Of a stretch of 64,000 nt of DNA, positions 1-10,990 are shown piece by piece. Source of the stretch: an uncultured Nitrososphaeraceae archaeon. GTDB taxonomy: Archaea > Thermoproteota > Nitrososphaeria > Nitrososphaerales > Nitrososphaeraceae. How positions within the stretch are numbered: position 1 is the stretch's first letter; each line of letters begins with the position of its first letter. The notes beneath the pieces are model-generated. The model was not told the origin of the DNA and did not search any database. It saw nothing but the letters and a program-made list of their open reading frames with translations. Made by a program: the position numbers and the translations under genes. The DNA lies in assembly GCA_963837175.1 (NCBI GenBank), contig CAWIMJ010000009.1, positions 32,001 to 96,000 of the forward strand, written 5' to 3'.

Positions 1-432
1 TCATTTTTTTTTAATTCTGTAGTCAGCATATTTCTATGTCTTAATAGGTACATCCATAACAATACTAATAATATACCATTCACGATCTGCAGAGAAGCTA
101 GAGATGTTATTGAGGGCTGGACTTTGTACCTGAAATAGAGCAACACTAAAGACTGGTGTAAGTAATACAAGTATAAAGAACGTCAGTGAAACCCAGACTA
201 CTATTTCATTAGATTCTTTTAAATAATCAAGAATTTTCGTATAAATTACCCAAAAAACGATGATTACGAAGAAGCTGCTTATGAGTCCGTAAAGATTATC
301 TAAAAAGTTTTTTGCTTCATCAGAGTTCAGCTGACCGTTTACGACTGATGGAGGAACAAGATTGTAAGCTAGTAAGGTTAGAGAAACCAGGAGTATGGAG
401 TCGGCCAAAGTTTTGAGTCGTTCCGTAGTCAT
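1..432 (-). pseudogene. TMEM175/DUF1211-family K+ channel-like membrane protein, frameshifted, runs to window edge
   Basis: N-terminus MTTERLKTLADSILLVSLTLLAYNL resembles the TMEM175 RLxxFSDxVxAIxxTLL motif, followed by the SFFVIIVFW helix. Near 125 the hydrophobic continuation (SLASLQIVNGILLVLLWMYL) lies in another frame. Confidence 0.7.
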
Positions 433-1139
433 GAAACTTGTCAATATAAGGCTACACATAATCATCGAGATACTGATAATAACCTTACTGGTTCAGCAAA
501 ATCAATATTAAATGAAAACATCTATGACAGGGCTAACGGTAAATTTGTCCGGTTTAATGTAAGCTAAATGCTCCACTACTAATATGTTCCTTTAAAAAGA
601 ACTATCATAGATGTATTAATATCACTTTCCGAAATCTAATGGAGAAGTTAGCTGTTTTTATATGCATATCATTCTCGATAGGAGCTCTAATATCTTGGCT
701 GTCTATGAAATCGATAATTTCATCAAAAACACTTCTTACTTTTTGATATAATAATAGATCAAATATAAATAACTTATAATATTCCCTTATATTGCTATAT
801 TGTACTCTGTATTTTCAAAATGTTGAGATCTATCTCTTATCTACTAATGTCATATGATTTAGTTTCTAATTTTATATGGGTTACTCATTTCTTGGCAAGA
901 TAGAAAAAAGCAACAACGTTCTTTACTATAGTTTTCTTCATCTGCATCATTTTTGTTGCATAACAATTCATAAGAGTGTTCTAATGCTCTTGGTAATTTT
1001 AAAACACAATGTAAAGATTAACTAGCTGAACTTAAACCTGAATTAGAAATGAAAAACCTCATCTAGGTAATGTTATGGAGGGTTTCTGATCTTAAGCCGT
1101 AGTAGTTAATGAGAATACTTTGTACAAATTGATGATGTT

Positions 1140-1370
1140 TTTTCATACAACATCATCAAATACCTGTGGAAACTTAGGCTTAATTCTAATAAGAACGCCA
1201 GCAATAGCTTCTCTTACTGTTGCTATTCCAGTTCTGAATGGAAATGCGCCATGTCACTCGGTGGTAATAGGATTTAACCATTCATAGAAACTGTATATGT
1301 GTGGCTTGCCTTCTGATGCAAGTTTGGAAAGGACTATTTCTAACCTATCATCACAATCATATAACTTAGA
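1140..1370 (-). pseudogene. Possible C-terminal relic of a six-hairpin glycosidase (amylo-alpha-1,6-glucosidase/GH100-like)
   Basis: Manual translation IVLSKLASEGKPHIYSFYEWLNPITTE*HGAFPFRTGIATVREAI. The FxEW...G(A)xP motif resembles the C-terminus of these glycosidases. Internal stop, no start codon. Confidence 0.35.
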
Positions 1371-2189
1371 CTAAAAATTTGACTTTCATATACAACTCAT
1401 TTGGATTAAAAGTCTGTAACTGTTTGAACGCAATAGAACTAAACCTTATGTCATTAGATATATATGCATTTAGCTGCAGCTGCTCTATTCTTCATATTGC
1501 TTTATAGAAAAAGAAATAGAGAAAATATATGTAAAGGACATAGGCTATAGTTTATACTTACTTATACTTTTTAGGTTTATAATGTATGTAGAAATACTAC
1601 TGCAAAAGCACTATTAAAGAGATTCATAAAAATAAGAAGCCATGTTTCCATATGGAAGTGGGTTCGGCATTACAGGTCAGAAAGGATATTATTCTACAAT
1701 AGGAGGAGGAGGAAAATGTCTGAATTTATAGCTGATAAAACACATAAATTAAAATAGGTAAAGACTACTGCTATTTCTGGATTTGGGCTGCACTAGAATC
1801 TGACAATAAGACATTGTAGTAGGAATATGCATCTTTCTCTAGAACGAAATATGTTAGTTAGTAGCAGAGTAGCAGTTTCTGCTGCAAAATATAATAAAAA
1901 TAAAAAATATGGAAAACATCCAGTTTCATAAGATGAAGGTGTACATTGTACCAGCACCAGCATGTAAATCTCTGAAATTAAAGCACACCATATCAATTCA
2001 TCATATGAAACAAAAGCATCATAGAAAGGACTATCCAATATATTATCAAAGATAGAACAAAGAATTTTGATAACTATTTTCCATGTAATAAGAAGAACAA
2101 ATGTAAACTAGAGCATGTTGTAAACTGGTTCCACCTATTTGTTGATTATTATAATAAGAGGATGTGATTTGCTTATGTTAACAGAGCCT

Positions 2190-2882
2190 TATTCTTGATA
2201 TATGGTATACTGATGAATCTTCCATATTCTGTTTTTCTAGTGCCATCTTCTTTTGCATAAGCTATCAAATGTTATAGGTAGACCATCAGCTACATCAACT
2301 GAGACCAGTATCAGTCTTGGTTGATTTTCTTCATAACTTATTGCTATAGGAAACTTTACAAATTTTTCTAAACTTCGCTTCAATGGTTTATTACTAAAGC
2401 GATACCAGGTATTGTAATAAAGATCAAAAAACTTGTTATAAGGCATAGGTGTGAGAGGAGAAAATACGTTTGGTACTCCGGATATGGCAAATTCCTTAGC
2501 TGAATAATATCTTCTGGCTCCTTCTCCTGTTGCAACTGACTCGCAGATACTATGTAAATAATCCCGCCATGACTTGAACCAAGGATTAGCATCTATTATT
2601 GATTCTTTTGACAAATAATTCCAAAAATCTATGAGCCTCTCTGCTGAACCTTCATAAGTACCATTTTCGATAACGTAACTTGTGAGAACTGCCGCATTCA
2701 TAGGACCTATCGATGTACCCACAATTATGTCAAAGGTTGGACTTTTCTTTCTCCCTTCTTTTTTTATCTTTCTCTGAAAGCCATTCGTATAGTACCTTGT
2801 ATGCTCCTGCTTTGTACGCGCCTAGGGATCCCCCTCCTTGTAATACCAAAACGTATAGGGGCATTCAATCCAGGTGAGGCAT
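2190..2882 (-). pseudogene. Patatin-like phospholipase, N-terminal half
   Basis: VLVLQGGGSLGAYKAG (oxyanion motif) and GTSIG (nucleophile motif). Colinear with the paralog at 13593-15004 up to ..EDGTRKTEYG. Contains frameshifts. Confidence 0.85.
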
Positions 2883-3124
2883 AATAAAAAAGAGCAGTCT
2901 TATATTATATTATATGACAACAACTTTAATAGGCAATTATTTATCTGATAAAAAAGAAGATTGACTTTAAAGAAAAAGAAGAAATAGAGAATTATCAATA
3001 AAGAAGATTTTATGAATTTCGTTTAACGTATTTTGTTTTATGTCTAACTTTAGGCTAATAGTAATAATAGTAAAATATTTTCTCATTAATCTTTGGCAAT
3101 TGACTGTGCTCGCTTTCATTATTG

Positions 3125-3496
3125 TTACTGGCTCTCTAATTCTTTTGAAAGCGACCAGTTAAGCAAAATTCTTATAATTACAACAACTGCAAGTGTGGCA
3201 AGCTCAAAGAATGATGGAACCAGGATAGTCTTAAGAATGTCAGCGGCTACTAAGAAATCTAACGATATTAACAAACCTCTTAACATTCGTGATACCATCT
3301 CGCGGATACGTTTAGGTCGTTGTTGTTGTTCTTCTTTTTTCTTTAAACTTAAAAGCGATATTCTAAAAACCTCTATTAACGTAACTGCTACTATTGCTAT
3401 AATAATGAAAATTATTATAGCTTCTAAACCAAATACTACATAGCTAGTCATTTGCTCAAGATAAATGTGAGCAAGATCTTGATTGGATTCTACCAT
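3125..3496 (-). CDS. DUF1622 family membrane protein
   Basis: RGLLISLDFLVAADILKTILVPSFFELATLAVVVIIRILLNWSL matches the DUF1622 pattern LxLEFxxAADIxxT...IRxxLxxxL. Confidence 0.85.
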   Translation of the reverse strand: MVESNQDLAHIYLEQMTSYVVFGLEAIIIFIIIAIVAVTLIEVFRISLLSLKKKEEQQQRPKRIREMVSRMLRGLLISLDFLVAADILKTILVPSFFELATLAVVVIIRILLNWSLSKELESQ

Positions 3497-3557
3497 ATGA
3501 ATATGTCTTAAATTAAATGTTGATCCTCCGATGTCTTATAAGTTATACTATAGTCTT

Positions 3558-4008
3558 TTTGATGTATGTGTAATCAATTTGCATCCTAAAAAACAGGCAG
3601 AAATTCCCACTAACAGAGACAGTATTATCAACAGAACACTGACATAACTTTTTCCGATAGGACTGATCGAGAGGAAGTTATGCTCTTGCTAATATCTGAT
3701 TATGTGATTAGGTAAGGGCGCTAATAAAGATGGCAGATGAGCACGGCGTGGAAAATGATCTGATCAATAATTTCTTGAATCAGAAGACAAAATTCCATGG
3801 CGAGTTCTTAAGGTCGGGACGATTCCAAGACATAGTTGAAGGGCGATTTTAAATAGATGAAATAATACGTGTAAACCCGAAGAATGATGAGCATACTATT
3901 TCTAACAAAACGTTTGATTTCTCTTCCGGGACGATAAAGCTGTTGCTTGAGCAAGGATATAATGATGCTTATGACGAATTGAATATATATGAAACCCATC
4001 TTAGGTAG
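3558..4008 (+). pseudogene. Patatin-like phospholipase, C-terminal half
   Basis: Manual translation DVCVINLHPKKQAEIPTNRD..DITFSDRT..LLLISDYV..IIRVNPKNDEHTISNKTFDFSS..GYND aligns with the C-terminus of ORF 13775-15004. Contains stops and frameshifts. Confidence 0.85.
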
Positions 4009-4196
4009 ATGGTCGGATATTATTGATTGATCGAGTGTTCTGCTGCAATAATCCATATGAATCAAATTGTGTCATACGAGTAGTTATGAGGTGTATTAAT
4101 TAACATCGCAACATGTGAGATAACACCAGAAGCTTATTCTTACTTACAAAGTTGATATCTAAATAAAAAACTAACATACGAGGAAGAGATAATGGC

Positions 4197-4745
4197 TTAA
4201 GAATGCCGCATAATGTCATGCCTGCTTTTAGCTACCATCAGGATATATGAGGCCGTGACAGGAATGAGAAGTAGAAGTGCAACCAAAAGGAGTGGATCGT
4301 CTAACATATCAGACAACATAGTGCTAGCTATGTATCGCACGAGTATAACCATGATAAGAACAATAAGTGCAAAGTAAGCGATTAGATAGAGTCTCTTTGT
4401 AAAGACAGAAAGTTTTTGCTCCTGACCAATGTACAGTCAGAAGATTACAAATGCCAGTCCCATCATGAAAACAATTATGCTGAGGTATAGTTGGATAATA
4501 CTTCCATATCCTACCTGTTCCAAATTCTCAATTATCGTGTTAAGGCGATTTGCTATCTGGGTACTACTGTTCTCTAATGAATCTTGGCTAGGCAATTCTT
4601 ACTGGGACCAAACGCTGTTGTCCGAATTTAATGGAACTACTACAAGTAGCAATAAAGAAGTCGTCCAATAGATGCATAACAATCAAGGACTTGTTGAGCA
4701 AGTAACTATTAAAACTATTTCAGTGTCTCTCTTTCGCTTCGTCAT
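4197..4745 (-). pseudogene. Disrupted multi-pass membrane protein, possibly a distant paralog of 19084-19743
   Basis: QIANRLNTIIENLEQ..LYLSIIVFMMGLAFVIF*LYIG..LIAYFALIVLIMVILVRY..DPLLLVALLLIP gives three hydrophobic helices with internal stops. Confidence 0.45.
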
Positions 4746-6775
4746 AAACTATTGCCTAAAACACTGTCTGAAGCGTTTAGGCTAGCATACAAAATAAAAC
4801 TGATTAACTAATAATGCATAAGATATGCAAAGCCTCCTTGGAAACTATGCCATTGTTATTGGCGGCGTAGAATGATTAGATTAATCGCAGTCTGATAATC
4901 TTAGAAGTGGTACGAATCTTATCGAGATGTACGTCGCAAAAAATGTTAGTCTTAGTTTTCCCGTCTTTATAGAATGAGAACAGTTTCAACTAGGTTTGCC
5001 TATATTCATCGCTGGCTGCGAGCTCAATACTGCGAAGCGTTGGTTGCTTTGAATCATGACGAATCTATGCCAATGAATAGACGGTGTATGCTCAATGATA
5101 ATATGAAAGAAGGAATAACGTTCCCTAGTATAATATTGCTTATTCTGACAGAAAATTTTTGAAGAGTAGTACATTGTGGAATATGTGATAATTTAAGAAA
5201 TGTTCTAAAGTAACAGCATGTTTTAGAGCGCGGAACTTAATATCTACAAGTTTAACATACCTTGATTCTTTCAATATATAATTGCTAATTATACCCTTAC
5301 AAAGCATTGACTATGAAACAATAATTTCTACCTAGCCAATTATAACATTCTTCCTATTCTATACTATCGATTTTCGATACCATATTATAGCTTTTTATAT
5401 TATACTTTTACTTTTAAGGTTCTGTTCAATCTTGAGGACATTTGACTAGTCTGTTAAATTAGGGGCATCTTCAATTGTTAAGTCGGGACATAAACTACAA
5501 ATGAGTGCACCCATACCTCCCAAAAATATCTCGGACTATTCAATCTTTGGACATTAGAATTATGGAAATGCTTGTGTTCATCTCTACAGTAAAATAATCA
5601 TCATCATAAGTAGTTATCATCTACTCATATGGTTTAATTAGAACTTGTTTTGTTCCTGATCCCTTTGCATATATGATTAGCTATTCTATTGCCACTCCAA
5701 TTCTTAGTATATTCCTTGCTTATTTATCAAAATAAATTTTTGCAGAGGAAAATAAATACTAATATACTCTTTTGTCTTGACTCAATTGTTTTCGTGAGGA
5801 CAAAGTAGTAGACAAGAAGTAGTACTGAACTCTTTTGTAAGAGATCAAAGTCAATAGAGATCTCATTTTAATGAATTCAACTAGCAATGCATCGGAGAAG
5901 TTACTTCTTCTGTATCAAATCTCATTGTTTCTACTAATGCTTGCTGCATGCATTCTGAAAGAGATTTGATATGTATCGTAGATAATTTTCAAAACTTGGT
6001 GTTGATGTTTTGTTAAGTTTACTTTTTCATTATTTGTAATGACATCATCAACGGTATCTTTATCTTTATTTTTATTATTGATATGGGTCAACTTTGATGA
6101 CGGTGATGTTGCTGCAGAAGAAAACGTTACCGATGAAGAATCATTCATTTTTACTATAACTATTTATTTCATTCATTGGCTATATCGTTTTCGTTTTATC
6201 TGTTATTATGAGTTTCCAAGTTATTACTCGTACATCGCTGAAGGATCAACTCCATGTACTTTGAATTTATCTACTATATCATATCCAGGCTAATGCCAAT
6301 AACATGAAAAACAGGTTCAGGATAATGATTACACAAGGTTTCACATTATTTGTAATTCTGTATTCCCAACAAGCAAATGCAGATCATATCAGTAGATGTA
6401 GAGACAAGATACTCAATAATTTGTACGCAAGAATACAGAAGTATCCAAACTAAAATCAGAACTAATTGGAGTAATGAACAGTAGAAGAAATATAGCAAAG
6501 GATAAAAGTAGAGAAATGGCTTGATCCCCGGATTTCAAGAATTTATAATTTTATAATGAGTTACTGAGAAATTATCTCTCACGGATAATTATCGGTTCCC
6601 CTTTAACCTTTACACATGGCTAGCACCAACTAGGCGATCCAGATTTAGAACTCTGCATAATTTGTTGTTTACTGGTTGATTGTGTAAAAGCAACTATTCT
6701 TAGCTTTTGTTTGCTTAATTTTATCCTAGTGTATGCGTGACCAACATTCTTCTATACAAAGATAGCTGTGACATC

Positions 6776-7096
6776 CTATAATTTCGCAATTAATGCCGCT
6801 TTCAGTTTCTGAAATTCCTCATCCGTTAATAGGCCTTTTTGATGAAGATCAGCATATTTTTGGAGCTTTTCAGTTAGATCTTCCTGATTAGATGACTGTG
6901 GTCGTTGTGTTTCTTGTGTCTGTTGAGCTTGAGCTGCTTTCAATTGTTCGATTTCTCGTTGTTGTTGTTGTGCTTGTTGTTGTGCTTGTTGTTGCATCTG
7001 GGCTTTTTCTTCCATAGCCGATGCAGTACGACGTTTGGCTACAGCTGCACCTACAGCGAATGAAGCGATTCTTCCTCTCATATATCTATAAATCAA
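6776..7096 (-). CDS. SHOCT-domain protein with Gln-rich linker
   Basis: C-terminal EKLQKYADLHQKGLLTDEEFQKLKAALI is a SHOCT motif. Confidence 0.85.
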   Translation of the reverse strand: MIYRYMRGRIASFAVGAAVAKRRTASAMEEKAQMQQQAQQQAQQQQREIEQLKAAQAQQTQETQRPQSSNQEDLTEKLQKYADLHQKGLLTDEEFQKLKAALIAKL

Positions 7097-7386
7097 TGTG
7101 TAAGAAATTAATTAACCTTTCTGAATATTCTTTGACTTTATCCTTCTCATATGAGTGAGCTGTTAATTGAGTCCAGCCTTGTACTGCTAGTTCAATATCG
7201 ATTGATTCTAACGATTCTATTACCAATGGCCCTTTTCTAGATATGTAAATTCATACAAGAGAGATTTTGATTACAAGAAGTTGTTATCCGAGATCGGTTC
7301 TTTTATAGTGTACATTTAGTGTCCTTTGTGACTACAAGCATACTATGCATTTAGTAAATCCTTGCAATAATGATGACAATATATCT

Positions 7387-8361
7387 CTATTTGTTTATCA
7401 TCATATTATTGGGATTTGCCGAGAACGTTTCTCTTAACGTATTGGCATAATGATCAGACAGAGATTTTAAGAAGGCAAAGTTGTCAGGAATACAAATGTT
7501 GCTAATTGATTCCTGGTACTCGTTTAGTAATCTAATAATGGATGCCCTTGATGAGTGTGATCTGTCTAGTACCATGTTCCTGATACTCTCATAACTAGAA
7601 TTTTTTATTCTTTTGTAAGGAGTATCTTTAACAGCGGCCATAACAAATACATTTGGCATATCTTCTTGAACATCATCTACTATATCTTCCCAGTCATCTT
7701 GCAAATCAAGGAAAGCCTGATTGTAATGAAGAATTAATGAAACATTTTCATTAAAGCTTGGGAGCTTCGCATCCAGAACACTCGCATAGATTGTTGATGC
7801 ATCAGATGACTTGAATAGGTTAAAATGTCTTATTTCATTATATGAAAAGGTGAAACCTCCTAAAATACGACGCTTAATAATTTGCTCAAATTTCCAAAAT
7901 GTGCAAAACTGCTTCAATGAGTACTCTATAGAATAGTTAAGATGATGGTTCTCATTTCCAGTTAAGAGGAATTTATTTATTGATGTACGTACCCTTTTTG
8001 CCATCCAGGTATATCTATCATCTCCTATCTCAAAAAATCTGTCTAACAGAAGAACATATCTAGCTAAAAGCCGTACCATTCTATATACCCATAACGCTTG
8101 GTAGACATCTTTTGTATCAAAGTAGGTAGCAATAAAGTACCAAGGATCTTGTGCTTTCTCATCTATAGTTCGATATGTAGTTGATAAAGGAGGGTCAAAG
8201 TTGCTTAATAAGATACTTAGAGAAATTATCTGCTCAATAAAACCCATTATATCGTTAGTAAAATCCAGCTCTTTTGCCGCTTTAGAAATCTTATCAACAA
8301 TGCCCTCCTTGTCAAAATTTCTGAAATTTGACATGTTGGTTCCTATAATATGGGAGATCAT
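7387..8361 (-). CDS. Hypothetical protein, probable class I isoprenoid (terpene/prenyl) synthase fold
   Basis: 324 aa ORF with Asp-rich LQDDWEDIVDDVQEDMPNVF (DDxxD) and an upstream LLDRFFE. Mostly helical composition. Confidence 0.55.
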   Translation of the reverse strand: MISHIIGTNMSNFRNFDKEGIVDKISKAAKELDFTNDIMGFIEQIISLSILLSNFDPPLSTTYRTIDEKAQDPWYFIATYFDTKDVYQALWVYRMVRLLARYVLLLDRFFEIGDDRYTWMAKRVRTSINKFLLTGNENHHLNYSIEYSLKQFCTFWKFEQIIKRRILGGFTFSYNEIRHFNLFKSSDASTIYASVLDAKLPSFNENVSLILHYNQAFLDLQDDWEDIVDDVQEDMPNVFVMAAVKDTPYKRIKNSSYESIRNMVLDRSHSSRASIIRLLNEYQESISNICIPDNFAFLKSLSDHYANTLRETFSANPNNMMINK

Positions 8362-8552
8362 TTAACTTTCCATGCCAAAATATTAATATTGTCATACAAT
8401 GAATCTTTTACCAACCAGATTCATTATGAGCCATCAAGTCCATTTATACTAAGTTTATTAATTTAATGATGTGAAAGGAACTAAATTAACATGGCCTATC
8501 TACCTGTGTAACTTTGTGAAACAGCATATATTATTGCAGTGTGGGAATATTA

Positions 8553-8987
8553 CTATTTATCTGGTGGCTGTTGTGCTGGCTCGACAACACCAGTTTTTAA
8601 TGCTGGCATAAGCGCATCAAAGATAGTCCATGCTTCTTTGATTTTGCCATCTTTGAAGTGAAAGATTTCCACACCACTACTTTCAAACGGCTCATTGCTA
8701 GCCGGAAGGACATTCCATCCTTTCTGCATAGTAGCTTTCATGCTCCACCTAACTGCAACTTTATCTTGTTCTCCAAACTCGTCCAATATCGTGACTTTCA
8801 TATCAGGGAATGTTTTGCGATCCTCTGCTAGCCACTCTTTAAAGTTATCTAAACCTTTAACCTCTTCTGCTATCCCATGATAAATTATGTCAGGAGTAAC
8901 AAACACGTTTGCCTCTGCTAGTTTTCCTTCATTAATTAGTTCTTGGATACATCTGCTAGCAATTATTTTATTTTCCGTAATTGTCAT
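8553..8987 (-). CDS. SnoaL-like ester cyclase (NTF2-like fold)
   Basis: ENKxxxxRxxxELINEG..TFPDMKVTI..DKVAVRW..GVEIFHFKDGKIKEAW pattern. Confidence 0.85.
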   Translation of the reverse strand: MTITENKIIASRCIQELINEGKLAEANVFVTPDIIYHGIAEEVKGLDNFKEWLAEDRKTFPDMKVTILDEFGEQDKVAVRWSMKATMQKGWNVLPASNEPFESSGVEIFHFKDGKIKEAWTIFDALMPALKTGVVEPAQQPPDK

Positions 8988-9615
8988 GAGATTATATATT
9001 TCCGAGATACTTTAAAGCCTTTCTTATATCTACCAACAGTTGCCTAGAATAAGTGTTTACGCAATTGGTTCAAACAACTAAATCATTTTTACACAACTTG
9101 TACTATCATCTATCACAAGACTTGACCTAACTCCTTCTATAGGACATTGAGCTCACCATTAGAGGTGGCCACAAATCAAGCTATTATCTTATGTGGTACA
9201 GCACCCTTAAATGCCACAACCAGTTGTGCAAAAAAAACATCTATTTGAATTGAGCCTTCTTTTACTTTCGGAATCAATTAATTGAATTACCGACCAGTGT
9301 ATGTCAATGTTGAGTGCAGGAGTTGTGTTTGGAGCCTCAAAAACTTGATGATCACAGAAATCAGAAAGTAGTCTGATATAATTTATCTCCGGAATAGAAC
9401 ACAGATAGGAAGCTTGCTGCTGTCAATAGAAACAGTATGATAGTAGTAACATGGCGGCAGATGAAATACCTCATATCTGCTTGTCTGGCAAATGGATTTT
9501 TTACATTACACCAAAAAATTGAGTTCAAGGCAGGCTATAGTCTGATCGCAACACTACCAACAGATAATGCCAATGTACTTTATCATCATCATCTGACCAG
9601 TCAGAATTATGTGCT

Positions 9616-10185
9616 TTATGAACGTAACCTGGTCAGCTTTCTTCCCGTTATTCCTACGAACGTTATCTGTACACCATTAATCAAAAGGACTAAGGAAACA
9701 ATTAACAACAATAAAACGAAACCAAACTCAGGACGCGAGAATACAATTAGCGCCACTGCGATACATATGACACCTGTACCTACGGTAAAGATCTTCGAAG
9801 CTCTCTTGTAAGTATTGTTTTTTATGCCATCAATGATTCTTATCGCTCCGTTAGCCAAAAGACCAAAGGCAAGAATGAGTACATATAACTTACTAACGTA
9901 TTCTGGCGCAAAGTAGGCTGAACCGAAGAACACGACTAAACCCACTCCTATTGCTATGCTAATGAGCCTAGAAGATCTTTTTAAAGAAGTAGATCTTATT
10001 CCAACGATTATTCGTTCTATTCCAATTATAATAAATGCTGTAGAAGCTAAGAAAATAAGTGAGTAAGCTCCGAGTTTAGCTGAGCCGAGCATGATAGATA
10101 TAGATAATCCTATACATATTAGCCCTACAACAACTTGGAAAACTCTCAGCCATTGTGGATCAATGATATCTCCAGATGTCCTCAT
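9616..10185 (-). CDS. HdeD/DUF308 family membrane protein (paralog 1)
   Basis: Six transmembrane helices with repeated GxxRIxxG motifs and N-terminal PQWLRVFQ. Confidence 0.8.
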   Translation of the reverse strand: MRTSGDIIDPQWLRVFQVVVGLICIGLSISIMLGSAKLGAYSLIFLASTAFIIIGIERIIVGIRSTSLKRSSRLISIAIGVGLVVFFGSAYFAPEYVSKLYVLILAFGLLANGAIRIIDGIKNNTYKRASKIFTVGTGVICIAVALIVFSRPEFGFVLLLLIVSLVLLINGVQITFVGITGRKLTRLRS

Positions 10186-10990
10186 TGTTACTTCAGATAT
10201 CTCACTTGTGAAGCGTATCTATTATATATATTGAATTGTAAATCGGCGCTCTTAAGTAAGAGCATTGTTACAATTATTGCTAATGGTACACGTTAAAAGG
10301 ATAAGGATTAATTTGGTATCTACGAGTCCTTCATGATATTCATTGTCTTGATTTGCGATTGTTAAAAACGCAAACGTACTTCGAAGATATTCTAGTTCTC
10401 CTCCTGGACACTCATATGTCAAATTGATGACACATATGCTAAAGAGATACTAGTAAATAAAAAAGGCTGTTTTGATTGTAGCCTATATGCCTTGACAATG
10501 ATCAAGTTTTGTTTTTGCCTGGCAATTTTATTGAAAATCATGACCGTGTGCTCTAATCTCTCTTAGGACTAGCTTATTGTACGCTTGCATTGGTTCTAAA
10601 ATATTTCTACTGCTCCATACTTGAAACTTTTTGATGTTGTCGAAATATGATTTATTTACGCTTAACTGGTTCAATTCCTAGTAAACATAAATATTTTTTA
10701 ATTTCGGACCTTTATTTTGGAGTGTTGTTAACTTTTTTGATCAATCAATTCCATCATCTAGTTTTTCTTTTCGTGAAGACAGATTTTGCTGATTTCTCTT
10801 GGATCACGTTGTCTTGAGAGAAGAGAAACCTAAGACCTCATTAGTTTATTAACTTTGCCATGAAACATATCTTATATTTTACATCATTTCTATTGAGAGT
10901 TCTTAAATTTCAGACAAGATATCTATTCTCCCAACTTAAGCAGGTAAATAGATTTAAGAAGTATAATCAGTCATCAATATTGAAAATAAC

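Noticed and set aside
3808-4065. 85-aa minus-strand ORF
   Set aside because: Shadow of the plus-strand patatin C-terminal relic.
5400-6720. Short ORFs and possible mobile-element debris
   Set aside because: Could not be assigned to any family by eye, so no supportable call.
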